Shown here: piece after piece, positions 10,740 through 23,800 of the stretch
Layout of the letters: the number at the start of each line of letters is the position of its first letter
How positions within the stretch are numbered: position 1 is the first letter of the stretch
Source of the DNA: an uncultured Acidobacteriota bacterium
GTDB taxonomy: Bacteria > Acidobacteriota > Blastocatellia > RBC074
Length of the DNA: 64,000 bases
NCBI GenBank assembly: GCA_963796275.1
Contig: CAWCKY010000007.1
Coordinates: 416,001-480,000, forward strand
Direction of reading: 5' to 3'
Notes under the pieces: generated by a model
What the model saw: the letters and a program-made list of their open reading frames with translations, nothing else
Told to the model about the DNA's origin: nothing
Databases searched by the model: none
Made by a program: the position numbers and the translations under genes

Positions 10740-11345
10740 ATGAGTTGGTACGATCCAGACAAAGAAGATACTACCATTTACAAAGTCGTCGTAAACCATG
10801 AGGAGCAATATTCGATCTGGCCTGAATACAAAGAGGATCCGCTTGGTTGGACGGAGGTCGGGAAGGCTGGGTCGAAAGCGGAATGTCTGGCTTATATCAA
10901 TGAAGTGTGGACGGATATGCGGCCTCTCAGTCTTAGAAAAAAGATGGATGAAATTGCTAAAAATCCGCCGCCTCCTCCTCCACCGCCCGATCCGAACAAG
11001 CCGCGGGAAAAGGGTCTCCTCGACAGACTTTGTGAAGGCGACCATCCAGTCGAAGTTAGTTTACGCCCTGAGAAGACAGTGAGGCTCTTCAAGGAAGCGA
11101 TCGATCGCGATTATGTGCATATTAAATTCACCAAGACTAAGGGCGGCACCGAACTGGGTGTTAGGTTGGATCGTGACGATTGTGACTTCACCAAAGCTGA
11201 TTTCGAGAACGGGAGTGGAACGGTTCGTCTCGAGGGAGGACTGACGCTGGATTATGTGAAGGTCAAGTGCATCGCCGATCTGGCTCTTGCAACACTCGAA
11301 GGAACTGGCCATCTTGTAAGGGTTGAGGCGAGTGGGGAGAGTTGA
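10740..11345 (+). CDS. mbtH: MbtH-like NRPS accessory protein with poly-Pro linker and extra C-terminal domain
   Basis: [13 protein letters not shown]...PLGW...[18 protein letters not shown] MbtH signature; AGGAGG RBS; about 110 extra aa after PPPPPPP. Confidence 0.92.
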   Translation: MSWYDPDKEDTTIYKVVVNHEEQYSIWPEYKEDPLGWTEVGKAGSKAECLAYINEVWTDMRPLSLRKKMDEIAKNPPPPPPPPDPNKPREKGLLDRLCEGDHPVEVSLRPEKTVRLFKEAIDRDYVHIKFTKTKGGTELGVRLDRDDCDFTKADFENGSGTVRLEGGLTLDYVKVKCIADLALATLEGTGHLVRVEASGES

Positions 11346-11461
11346 AGTCGAAAAGGAAAGTTATAGGCTCATTGGGAATTCGCGTGGTAAACCCAAGATA
11401 TAGTGGTCTTGAAACAAAAAAATTATGGTAAGCTTCTGCTCCCCCTCCAAAATCGATAAAT

Positions 11462-11524
11462 TGTCAGGGCTCACGACATCGTGTACTGATTCTTATTGAA
11501 AAAAAGCTCAGGACATCGTGGACT
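11462..11524 (+). mobile_element. Possible orphan IS481-type element end
   Basis: TGTcagg followed by 19-bp direct repeats gctcacgacatcgtgtact / gctcaggacatcgtggact; no transposase nearby. Confidence 0.35.
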
Positions 11525-12313
11525 CTGAGAAAAAATTTGAAAATTTGTCAGGAGAAATCGCTAGAAAGCCCTAGTGACAGGCTCTCCAGCGCTTTCTCGG
11601 CATGACTATCCTGGGAATCTTCGTAATTTTATACAGATACTACAAATGCTAATTGATATCTTAATCGGAACATAGTAAGCTTAGATAGGTAGTTATTGCT
11701 TAATACAATATATAAAATAAATACCATTCAAGTAATTTCTTCGGCTTTTGCTTCGTATCATCGCTCTTAATATTGTAAGTATGCGAAAACAAACAAGCTG
11801 CCACTTTAAGGTTCTCACTATGCGATGTCATTTCCCACCACCCCCCTACATCGCTATGATCATCGACATCTTTAGTTGTAAGTTATCCCCCCTTCAAGAA
11901 AAAATAAATCAGCATAAGGCTCTAGTGAATAGCAGCGCATCAATGACACTTTCATTGTGACAACCGGAATGTTAGTGGACATAAGTAATGCCATTTCCCA
12001 AGTCCCACTGATTATTTCCCCCATAAACTGAAATTACAGAAGGTTAGCCACTGGTTCGACCAGTGAGGCTAGAAAAGCTTTGAGCGTTCCAGGAGTTTAG
12101 TACCTTCTCTTTCGGAGATTGGTGAGCCAAATCCAAAGGGGAATTTAATGAACAAGAACCATCAAAGCTTGTCCCATTCTAGGTGGATTTACGTGTAACA
12201 GACTTTTTTTCAAGAGAAATGCGACGGGAGACTGTGTGAACTGGGTTCGGGTTTCTTCAAGATCGGCATTCACGGGCGGCAAGTCTCCTCTGTTAGAACA
12301 TCCGGAATAACCT

Positions 12314-13427
<1,114 letters not shown>

Positions 13428-13472
13428 CGAGTGCCGGCGCGATATCAGCATTTATTATCGGCGGATCGGGAT

Positions 13473-14678
13473 ATGTCAAATACTTCAAGGTGGTCGACGG
13501 AAGAGATAGAGCTGGCCGGCTGGGCGCGAGCCATCAAGCCATCTGATCTACAGGAGATGCTCTTTGCGACGGCGGGGCCCGGGATCATCTCTTTCGCTCT
13601 GGGATTGCCTGCCCCCGAGCTATTTCCACGCGAAGCGCTGCTACGCGCCGCCGCCTCTGTGCTGGAGGATGACGTGCGTTCACTACAGTATGGGCCACCG
13701 TCTCCTCGATTGAAGCAGCAGATTGTGAGAGTGATGGAGCGACGCGGAGTTACATGTCATGAAGGGCAAATCTTCTTGACTGCCGGGGCGCAGCAGGGAA
13801 TGAACCTGCTGACGCGGTTGCTCCTTGAACCGGCCGGACAGGTGCTCGCTGAAGAGACGATCTATACCGGGTTTCAACAAGTGCTTGAGCCCTATCAGCC
13901 CCATCTGCTGACTGTCAGCACCGATCCCGAAACCGGCATGGATGTTTCCGGCGTCGAATCGATTTTAGCGCGAGGTGTTCGCCCGGCCTTCATCTACGCG
14001 ATCAGTGATGGGCATAATCCTTTGAGTGTCAGCCTCAGCTTGTCAAAGCGAAAACGCCTCGCCGAACTCGCGCGAGAGTACCGGATTCCGATCATGGAGG
14101 ATGATGCTTATGGATTCCTCTACTATCACGAGACGCCTCTTCCTCCGCTCCGGGCCTTCGACGATCAATGGGTCTTTTACATCGGATCATTCTCCAAGAT
14201 CTTGGCACCCGGGCTGCGGAGTGGATGGATTGTTCTGCCTGAGCTACTGGTATCGAAGCTCTCGATCGTGAAAGAGGCCAGCGATATTGACACCACAACC
14301 TTCGCACAGCGAGCGGTAGCGGAGTTGCTTGAAACGGAGGATTTCAATGGGCATCTGGTCCGACTGCGCCGAGAATACAAGACGCGGCGCGATACGATGC
14401 TTCGCTCACTGCGCGACCATTTTCCTACCGCCGCGCGGTGGATGATTCCGGAGTCTGGGGCCTTCATCTGGGTGGAATTGCCACCGGAAATCGACGCCTC
14501 AGCATTGCTCAAGATTGCGATCGAAAAAGAGCGAGTCGCTTTTATTCCGGGCCAAGCTTTCTGCGTGAATGGACATTCCCGGGTGACTAGTTGTCTGCGA
14601 TTGAACTTCTCCAACAGCCCGCCTGGAATGATAGAGGAGGGAATCCAGCGCCTCGCTCGAGCTGTCAGATCGTTATGA
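13473..14678 (+). CDS. PLP-dependent class I/II aminotransferase (ARO8/LysN/HpgT-like)
   Basis: ISFALGLPAPELFP, MEDDAY, GSFSKILAPGLRSGW (PLP Lys), LRLNFS. ATG at 13473 preferred over GTG at 13431. Confidence 0.92.
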   Translation: MSNTSRWSTEEIELAGWARAIKPSDLQEMLFATAGPGIISFALGLPAPELFPREALLRAAASVLEDDVRSLQYGPPSPRLKQQIVRVMERRGVTCHEGQIFLTAGAQQGMNLLTRLLLEPAGQVLAEETIYTGFQQVLEPYQPHLLTVSTDPETGMDVSGVESILARGVRPAFIYAISDGHNPLSVSLSLSKRKRLAELAREYRIPIMEDDAYGFLYYHETPLPPLRAFDDQWVFYIGSFSKILAPGLRSGWIVLPELLVSKLSIVKEASDIDTTTFAQRAVAELLETEDFNGHLVRLRREYKTRRDTMLRSLRDHFPTAARWMIPESGAFIWVELPPEIDASALLKIAIEKERVAFIPGQAFCVNGHSRVTSCLRLNFSNSPPGMIEEGIQRLARAVRSL

Positions 14679-14894
14679 CCTGAATCGGCCGTCGTTGAAC
14701 TCCCTGAGCCGAAAATTGTTTTGAGATAGTTACTTAATGCTATACCGCGTAATTGACAAAGTCGAGCTTAGTTGTTCTGGGCTGGGGTAAATAGAGTCAG
14801 TGTGCATGAGTCCTCGCTTTATTCCGTGCAGCGCACTCTCCCGAGAACTTCTTCGAGCTCTTCACCTTCCGATACAGGAGATCAGTTTCTCATT

Positions 14895-17800
14895 ATGACC
14901 ATTGATGAACTGCTTTTTGAACTCAGATCTAGGGGTGTGCAGCTTCGAAGGAGCGGGCACGAATTAGTTGTCCCTGGTAAGCCCGACCAACTGGAAGCGC
15001 TTCTGATTGATGAGTTGAAGGCGCATAAAACTGCATTGGTGGAGCTGATCGGCATTGACACCGACCTGTGGGTAGGAGTGAGCCGGGAGGAGCATAAGGC
15101 ATACTTTCGACGGTTGTTGGGAGGGGTGGAGGAGCCGACGGCGCCGTTTGGGATGTTGAATGTGAGAGGCGACGGGACGGGGATTGAAGAGGCAGGTCTG
15201 GAGGTGGATGCAGAACTGGGGAGGCGAGTGCGTGAGCGAGCGAGGAGGCTGGGAGTGAGTGCGGCGAGTCTGTTCCATGTGGCGTGGGGGCGAGTGCTGG
15301 CAGGGGTTTCGGGACTGGATGATGTGGTCTTTGGGACCTTGCTGCTGGGGCGCATGCAGGGGGGGCAGGGAGCGGACCAGGCGATGGGGCTGTTTATCAA
15401 CACGCTCCCGGTGCGAATCCGAGTCGGGGTGGAAAGTGTCGAGGAGAGCGTGCGGGGAGTGCATCTGCAACTGGCGGAACTGCTGAGGCACGAGCATGCC
15501 TCGCTGGCATTAGCGCAACGATGCAGCGGGGTGCCGGCGCCGAGACCGCTGTTTTCAGCGCTATTGAACTATCGGCATAACGCGGGAGAGGGGACTGAGA
15601 GCTCGGAAGAGCAAAGGAGGGTGTGGGAAGGCATTCGAGTCCTGTCGGGAGAGGAAAGGACCAACTATCCATGTACGCTCTCAGTGGATGATCTGGGAGA
15701 GGGTTTCCGGCTGACGTCGCAGGTGCAATCGCCGATTGAGCCGAAGAGGATCTGCGAGTACATGCATATCGGCCTGGCTTCGCTGGTGGAGGCGCTGGAA
15801 AGAGAGCCGGAGCGGCGGGTCATGAGTATAGATATCCTGACGGAGCGTGAGCGGAGGAAAGTGCTGTACGAGTGGAACGAGACGGAGGTGGAGTACCCGC
15901 GGGAGAGATGTGTTCACGAGTTGTTTGAAGAGCAGGTGGAGAAGAGCGCGGACGCAGTGGCGGTGGTGTTTGAGAATGAATACCTGAGCTATGCAGAGCT
16001 GAACCGGCGGGCGAACCAATTGGGCCACTATCTGCAGAGGAGGGGAGTGGGGCCGGAGGTAGTGGTGGGGGTACGTCTGGAGCGGTCGGTGGAGATGGTG
16101 GTAGGAGTTTTAGGAGTGCTCAAGGCGGGAGGGGCCTATCTGCCTATAGATACGCAAACGCCGCTGGAGAGGGTGAGATATATGCTGGAGGATGCAGCCG
16201 TCAGGGTGATCCTGACGAAGGAGATGTTGGCGGATGATATGGGGCAGATCATCAGCCTGGATGAGGAATGGGAAAAGATCAGTGAGGAGAACGAGGGTGA
16301 GCCGGAGAGCGGGGTAGTAGCAGAGAACCTAGCCTATGTCATATACACATCCGGGTCGACCGGCCAACCCAAGGGTGTGGGCATATCTAATCGCAGCCTG
16401 ACCAACCTGATCTGCTGGCACCAGCGGGAATTCGATGTGAGCGCCGCCGATCATGCGACTCAACTGGCGGGAGTCAGTTTCGATGCCTCAATCTGGGAAA
16501 TATGGCCCTACCTAACGTCCGGAGCCAGCCTGCACATCGTCGAAGAGGCGAAGCGTGGTGAAGCGCCGGAACTGATCAGATGGATGGTCGAAGAGGGCAT
16601 TACCATTAGTTTCCTGCCAACCCCATTGGCAGAGCTGGCACTGAGTGAGCGTTGGCCTGAAACCACGAGTTTACGAACGATGCTGACCGGAGGTGAAGAG
16701 CTGAGATCGGGAGAGCGGCCCGCAGCGCCATTCACACTGGTTAACAACTATGGACCGACGGAGTACACCGTGGTGACGACCTCCATTCGAGTCGACGAGA
16801 GTTGTAAGGAGAAGCCTCCGATCGGACGCGGGATCGCGAACACATCCATCTATCTGCTTGACGAACAATTAGAGCCTGTACCGGTAGGAGTAAGAGGGGA
16901 ACTCTACGTCTCAGGAGCTGGTTTGGCGAGAGGTTATGTGGGAAAGCCGAAGCAAACGGCAGAGAGATTCATCCCCCACTTTTTGAGCGGAAGGGATGGC
17001 GAAAGATTGTACCGGACGGGAGACATCGGCAGGTATCGACCGGATGGAAAGATCGACTTCGAGGGACGTGTCGATCATCAGGTGAAGGTTCGAGGATTCC
17101 GGATCGAGTTGGGAGAGATCGAAGCGAGGTTGCTGGAGCACGAGGCCGTGCGGGAAGCGGTGGTGATGGCGCGCGAAGAGCGGCCCGGCGACAAGCGATT
17201 GGTCGCCTACTACACCAGTGCCGAGCAGGCGGAAGGCGGAGCGGGAGCGGAGGCGCTGAGGACGCATCTATTGGCGAAGCTGCCGGAGTACATGGTGCCG
17301 GCCGCGTATGTGCGGCTGGAGTCGTTGCCGTTGACGCCCAATGGGAAGCTGGACCGCAAAGGGCTGCCGGAGCCGGAGACCGGGGCCTATGTGATGCGCG
17401 AATACGAGGCACCGGTGGGGGAGGTCGAAGAGACGCTGGCAGTCCTCTGGGAGGAGTTGCTCAAGCTGGAGGGGGTGGGCCGTCACGACAACTTCTTCGG
17501 GCTGGGTGGACACTCGCTGTTGGCGGTGACGCTGGCCGAGCGTATGCGTCGGGCAGGGCTGCAGGTCGATGTCAGAGCCCTGTTTGCAACATCGACGCTG
17601 GCTGAGCTGGCCTCGGCAGTGGGGCCGCAGGCTGATGCGATCGAGGCGCCGCCGAACCGGATTCCGTCCGGGTGCACAGCGATCACGCCGGAGATGCTGC
17701 CGCTGGTGCGGTTGAGCGCGGAAGAGATGGAAGGCCTGATCTCCGGTGTGCCGGGAGGAGCAGCCAATATCCAGGATATATATCCGCTGGCGCCGTTGCA

Positions 17801-20800
17801 GGAGGGCATCCTGTTCCATCACCTGATGGGTGGAGAAAGTGATCCGTACGTGATCGGCATCCAGATGAGCTTCGACAGTCGCGCGAGGCTGGACGCGTAC
17901 TTGGAGGCCATGCAGGCGGTGATCGATCGTCACGACATCCTGCGGACGGCGGTGATGTGGGAGGGGCTTCCGGAGCCGGTGCAGGTGGTGTGGCGCAAAG
18001 CGCCGCTGATGGTGGAGGAGGTGGAGCTGGATGCGGCGGGCAGCGATGTGGCCGAGCAGATGTACGAGCGATTCCATCCGCGGCGTTACCGAATAGACGT
18101 GCGCCGTGCGCCGCTGCAGCGGGTTTATCTGGCCTATGATCGAGCCAATGGGCGCTGGTTGCTGACGGAGTTGCAGCATCACTTGACGATGGATCACGGT
18201 ACGCAGGAGGTGATGGAGAAGGAGATCGAAGCGCATCTGCTGGGGAAGGCTGATGGACTGCCGAGGCCGCTGCCGTTCCGCAACCTTGTGGCGCAGGCGC
18301 GCTTAGGAGTGAGCCGGGAGGAGCATGAGGCATACTTTCGACGGTTGTTGGGAGGGGTGGAGGAGCCGACGGCGCCGTTTGGGATGCTGGATGTGAGAGG
18401 CGACGGGACGGAGATTGAAGAAGCACGTCTGGAGGTGGATGCAGAACTGGGGAGGCGAGTGCGTGAGCGAGCGAGGAGGCTGGGAGTGAGTGCGGCGAGT
18501 CTGTTCCATGTAGCGTGGGGGCGAGTGCTGGCAGGGGTTTCGGGACTGGATGATGTGGTCTTTGGGACCTTGCTGCTGGGGCGCATGCAGGGGGGGCAGG
18601 GAGCGGACCAGGCGATGGGGCTGTTTATCAACACGCTCCCGGTGCGAATCCGAGTCGGGGTGGAAAGTGTCGAGGAGAGCGTGCGGGGAGTGCATCTGCA
18701 ACTGGCGGAACTGCTGAGGCACGAGCATGCCTCGCTGGCATTAGCGCAACGATGCAGCGGGGTGCCGGCGCCGAGCCCGCTGTTTTCAGCGCTATTGAAC
18801 TATCGACATAGCGCGGGAGAGGGGACTGAGAGCTCGGAAGAGCAAAGGAGGGCATGGGAAGGCATCCGAGTCCTGTCTGGAGAGGAAAGGACCAACTATC
18901 CATGTACGCTCTCAGTGGATGATCTGGGAGAGGGTTTCCGGCTGACGTCGCAGGTGCAATCGCCGATTGAGCCGAAGAGGATCTGCGAGTACATGCATAT
19001 CGGCCTGGCTTCGCTGGTGGAGGCGCTGGAAAGAGAGCCGGAGCGGCGGGTCAGGAGTATAGATATCCTGACGGAGCGTGAGCGGAGGAAAGTGCTGTAC
19101 GAGTGGAACGAGACGGAGGCGGAGTACCCGCGGGAGAGATGTGTTCACGAGTTGTTTGAAGAGCAGGTGGAGAAGAGCGCGGACGCAGTGGCGGTGGTGT
19201 TTGAGAATGAATACCTGAGCTATGCAGAGCTGAACCGGCGGGCGAACCGACTGGCCCATTATTTAAGAGGGTTGGGCGTGAGTCCGGATGCACGGGTGGC
19301 GATCTGTGTGGAGCGGAGCCTGGAGATGGTGATCAGCCTGTTGGCCATCCTCAAGGCGGGTGGGGCCTATGTACCGCTCGACCCCGCTTACCCGGCGGAA
19401 CGATTGCGTTTCATGCTGGCTGACAGCGAGCCGGTGGCGTTATTGACCCAAGGCCATCTGCAGAGCGTGTTTACGGAGCTAAGCGCCAGCTTGTCGGTGG
19501 TAGACATCTCTGAAGCACCCAAATGGCGAGAGCAGCCGGAGAGCAATCTTGATGGTGGAAGTATCGGACTCACTCCAGAACATCTGGCATACGTGATATA
19601 CACGTCGGGCTCTACCGGAACACCGAAGGGCGTCATGGTGCAACACCGAGGGCTATGCAATCTAGCGGTAGTAGAGAAGGAGGCCTTCGGATTGGGAGAT
19701 CGATCGCGCGTCCTGCAATTCGCATCCTTGAGTTTCGATGCCTCAGTATGGGAGGTTTTCAGCACGTTGATAGCTGGAGGAAGCTTATATGTGCACGAAC
19801 AGGAGAACTTGATGCCAGGAGATGGTCTGAGGAGGGTATTGCAGGAGGATCAGATTACGGTAGTGACGATGCCGCCAAGCGTGCTGGCGGTGATTGGGGA
19901 AGAAGAGTTGAGTCACCTAGAGACGGTAATAGCGGCAGGGGAGGCGTGTAGCGCCGAGATAGTAGAGAGATGGGCGAGGGGAAGGAGATTCTTTGACGCC
20001 TACGGACCGACAGAGTCGACGGTCTGCGCGAGTATGGGGGAATGCGAAGCCGGGTCCAATCGAAAGCCGGCCATCGGGAGGCCAATAGCGAATATGCAAC
20101 TCTACCTACTCGACGGAGAGTTGGAGCCGGTACCTCTGGGAGTGAAAGGAGAGTTGTATATAGCTGGGGCTGGTTTGGCGAGAGGCTATTGTGGAAGACC
20201 GGACCTGACGGCCGAGAGATTTGTCCCGAACAAATTCGGAGGAGAAAGCAGAGGAAGGCTATACCGGACGGGGGATGTGGGCAGGTATTTGTCGGACGGG
20301 AGGATAGAGTTCATAGGGCGGATAGACGGACAGGTGAAGATTCGAGGATTCCGGATCGAGTTGGGAGAGATCGAAGCGAGGTTGCTGGAGCACGAGGCAG
20401 TGCGGGAAGCGGTGGTGATGGCGCGCGAAGAGCGGCCCGGCGACAAGCGATTGGTCGCCTACTACACCAGTGCCGAGCAGGCGGAAGGCGGAGCGGGAGC
20501 GGAGGCGCTGAGGACGCATCTATTGGCGAAGCTGCCGGAGTACATGGTGCCGGCCGCGTATGTGCGGCTGGAGTCGTTGCCGTTGACGCCCAATGGGAAG
20601 CTGGACCGCAAGGGGCTGCCGGAGCCGGAGGCCGGGGCCTATGTGATGCGCGAATACGAGGCACCGGTGGGGGAGGTCGAAGAGACGCTGGCAGCCCTCT
20701 GGGAGGAGCTGCTCAAGCTGGAGGGGGTGGGCCGTCACGACAACTTCTTCGGGCTGGGTGGACACTCGCTGTTGGCGGTGACGCTGGCCGAGCGTATGCG

Positions 20801-23800
20801 TCGGGCAGGGCTGCAGGTCGATGTCAGAGCCCTGTTTGCAACATCGACCCTGGCTGAGCTGGCCTCGGCAGTGGGGCCGCAGGCTGATGCGATCGAGGCG
20901 CCGCCGAACCGGATTCCGTCCGGGTGCACAGCGATCACGCCGGAGATGCTGCCGCTGGTGCGGTTGAGCGCGGAAGAGATGGAAGGCCTGATCTCCGGTG
21001 TGCCGGGAGGAGCAGCCAATATCCAGGATATATATCCGCTGGCGCCGTTGCAGGAGGGCATCCTGTTCCATCACCTGATGGGTGGAGAAAGTGATCCGTA
21101 CGTGATCGGCGTCCAGATGAGCTTCGACAGCCGCGCGAGGCTGGACGCGTACTTGGAGGCCATGCAGGCGGTGATCGATCGTCACGACATCCTGCGGACG
21201 GCGGTGATGTGGGAGGGGCTTCCGGAGCCGGTGCAGGTGGTGTGGCGCAAAGCGCCGCTGATGGTGGAGGAGGTGGAGCTGGATGCGGCGGGCAGCGATG
21301 TGGCCGAGCAGATGTACGAGCGATTCCATCCGCGGCGTTACCGAATAGACGTGCGCCGTGCGCCGCTGCAGCGGGTTTATCTGGCCTATGATCGAGCCAA
21401 TGGGCGCTGGTTGCTGACGGAGTTGCAGCATCACTTGACGATGGATCACGGTACGCAGGAGGTGATGGAGAAGGAGATCGAAGCGCATCTGCTGGGGAAG
21501 GCGGATGGACTGCCGAAGCCGCTGCCGTTCCGCAACCTTGTGGCGCAGGCGCGCTTAGGAGTGAGCCGGGAGGAGCATGAGGCATACTTTCGACGGTTGT
21601 TGGGAGAGGTGGAGGAGCCGACGGCGCCGTTTGAGATGCTGGATGTGAGAGGCGACGGGACGGAGATTGAAGAAGCACGTCTGGAGGTGGATGCAGAACT
21701 GGGGAGGCGAGTGCGTGAGCGAGCGAGGAGGCTGGGAGTGAGTGCGGCGAGTCTGTTCCATGTGGCGTGGGGGCGAGTGCTGGCAGGGGTTTCGGGACTG
21801 GATGATGTGGTCTTTGGGACCTTGCTGCTGGGGCGCATGCAGGGGGGGCAGGGAGCGGACCAGGTGATGGGGCTGTTTATCAACACGCTCCCGGTGCGAA
21901 TCCGAGTCGGGGTGGAAAGTGTCGAGGAGAGCGTGCGGGGAGTGCATCTGCAGCTGGCGGAACTGCTGAGGCACGAGCATGCCTCGCTGGCATTAGCGCA
22001 ACGATGCAGCGGGGTGCCGGCGCCGAGCCCGCTGTTTTCAACGCTATTGAACTATCGACATAGCGCGGGAGAGGGGACTGAGAGCTCGGAAGAGCAAAGG
22101 AGGGCGTGGGAAGGCATTCGAGTCCTGTCGGGAGAGGAAAGGACCAACTATCCATGTACGCTCTCAGTGGATGATCTGGGAGAGGGTTTCCGGCTGACGT
22201 CGCAGGTGCAATCGCCGATTGAGCCGAAGAGGATCTGCGAGTACATGCACATCGGTCTGGCTTCGCTGGTGGAGGCGCTGGAAAGAGAGCCAAAGCGGCG
22301 GGTCAGGAGTATAGATATCCTGACGGAGCGTGAGCGGAGGAAAGTGCTGTACGAGTGGAACGAGACGGAGGCGGAGTACCCGCGGGAGAGATGTGTTCAC
22401 GAGTTGTTTGAAGAGCAGGTGGAGAAGGTCCCGGATGCGATCGCGGTGGAGGATGGGGAGTTGAAGGTGAGCTACCGGGAGTTGAATGAGAGGGCCAACC
22501 GGTTGGGGAATTATCTGCGGCTGTTGGGAGTGGTGCCGGGGTCGAGGGTGGGGATCATGCTCGAACGGTCAATCAGCCTGGTCGTAGCGCAACTGGCGGT
22601 GCTGAAGTGCGGGGCTGCCTATGTGCCGATCGACTCGACGTTTCCCGAAGAGCGTCAGGTCTGGATAGTGGAAGAGTGCGAGGCGAGAGTGATTCTGACG
22701 AGTAGTAGTGAGCCGTTGGCGGCGGCGCTGAGAGAGCGGGGAGTGAATCTCGATGAGACGAGATTGAGCGAAGTTCCATCAGGGAATCTGAGGCTGGCAG
22801 TGGATAGTGAGCAGGCGGGCTATGTGATCTACACGTCAGGGTCGACGGGGAAACCGAAGGGGGTGATGGTGCCGCATCGGGCGATCTTGAGGTTGGTGAT
22901 CAACTGCGGGTATGCGGATTTCAATGCCGAGGATCGAGTGGCGTTCAACTCGAATCCGGCGTTCGATGCGGCGACGCTGGAAGTCTGGGCGACGCTGCTG
23001 CACGGAGGGAGCCTGGTGGTGATCCCGAAGGAGACGATGCTGAACCCGGCGGCGCTGGGAAGTCAGCTGTTGAGAGCAGAGGTTACGGTGCTGCATCTGG
23101 TGGCGGGACTGTTGGGAGCCTATCCGGAGGAGTTAAGGATGATAATCCCGCGGCTGAGGTATCTGCTGACGGGAGGAGATGTGGTGGATCCGCGAGCGGT
23201 GAAGGAGATTCTGAGAGCCAATCCGCCGGAGAGAATTGTGCACTGTTACGGACCATCGGAGAGCACGACCTTCGCGACGACACATGAGGTGAAGGAGGTG
23301 GAGGAGGGAGCGATGAGAATCCCAATCGGGCGCCCGATCGGGAATACGCGAATCTATCTGCTGGATGAGGAGGGAGAACCGGTGCCGGTCGGAGTGAGAG
23401 GAGAGATTTACATCGGTGGTGAGGGATTGGGACACGGATACCTGAATCGAGCGGGGTTGACGGCGGAGAGATTCGTGGCGGATCCGTTCACGGAGCAACC
23501 TGGGGCAAGGATGTACCGGACGGGAGATGTGGGTAGATACCTGGCAGACGGCGCGATCGAGTTCTTGGGGAGGAACGATCATCAGATCAAGATCCGAGGA
23601 TTCCGGATCGAGTTGAGAGAGATCGAAGCGAGGTTGCTGGAGCACGAGGCAGTGCGGGAAGCGGTGGTGATGGCGCGCGAAGAGCGGCCCGGCGACAAGC
23701 GTTTGGTCGCCTACTACACCAGTGCCGAGCAGGCCGAGGGCGGCGTGGGAGCGGAGGCGCTGAGGACGCATCTATTGGCGAAGCTGCCGGAGTACATGGT

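Noticed and set aside
12274-12290. ops/antitermination element (ggcggcaag) ahead of the biosynthetic operon
   Set aside because: Weak match and no NusG paralogue in the window.
14772-14894. N-terminal extension of the NRPS from TTG 14772
   Set aside because: Ser-rich and non-domain-like; an RBS-like AGGAG precedes ATG 14895, where the docking domain begins.
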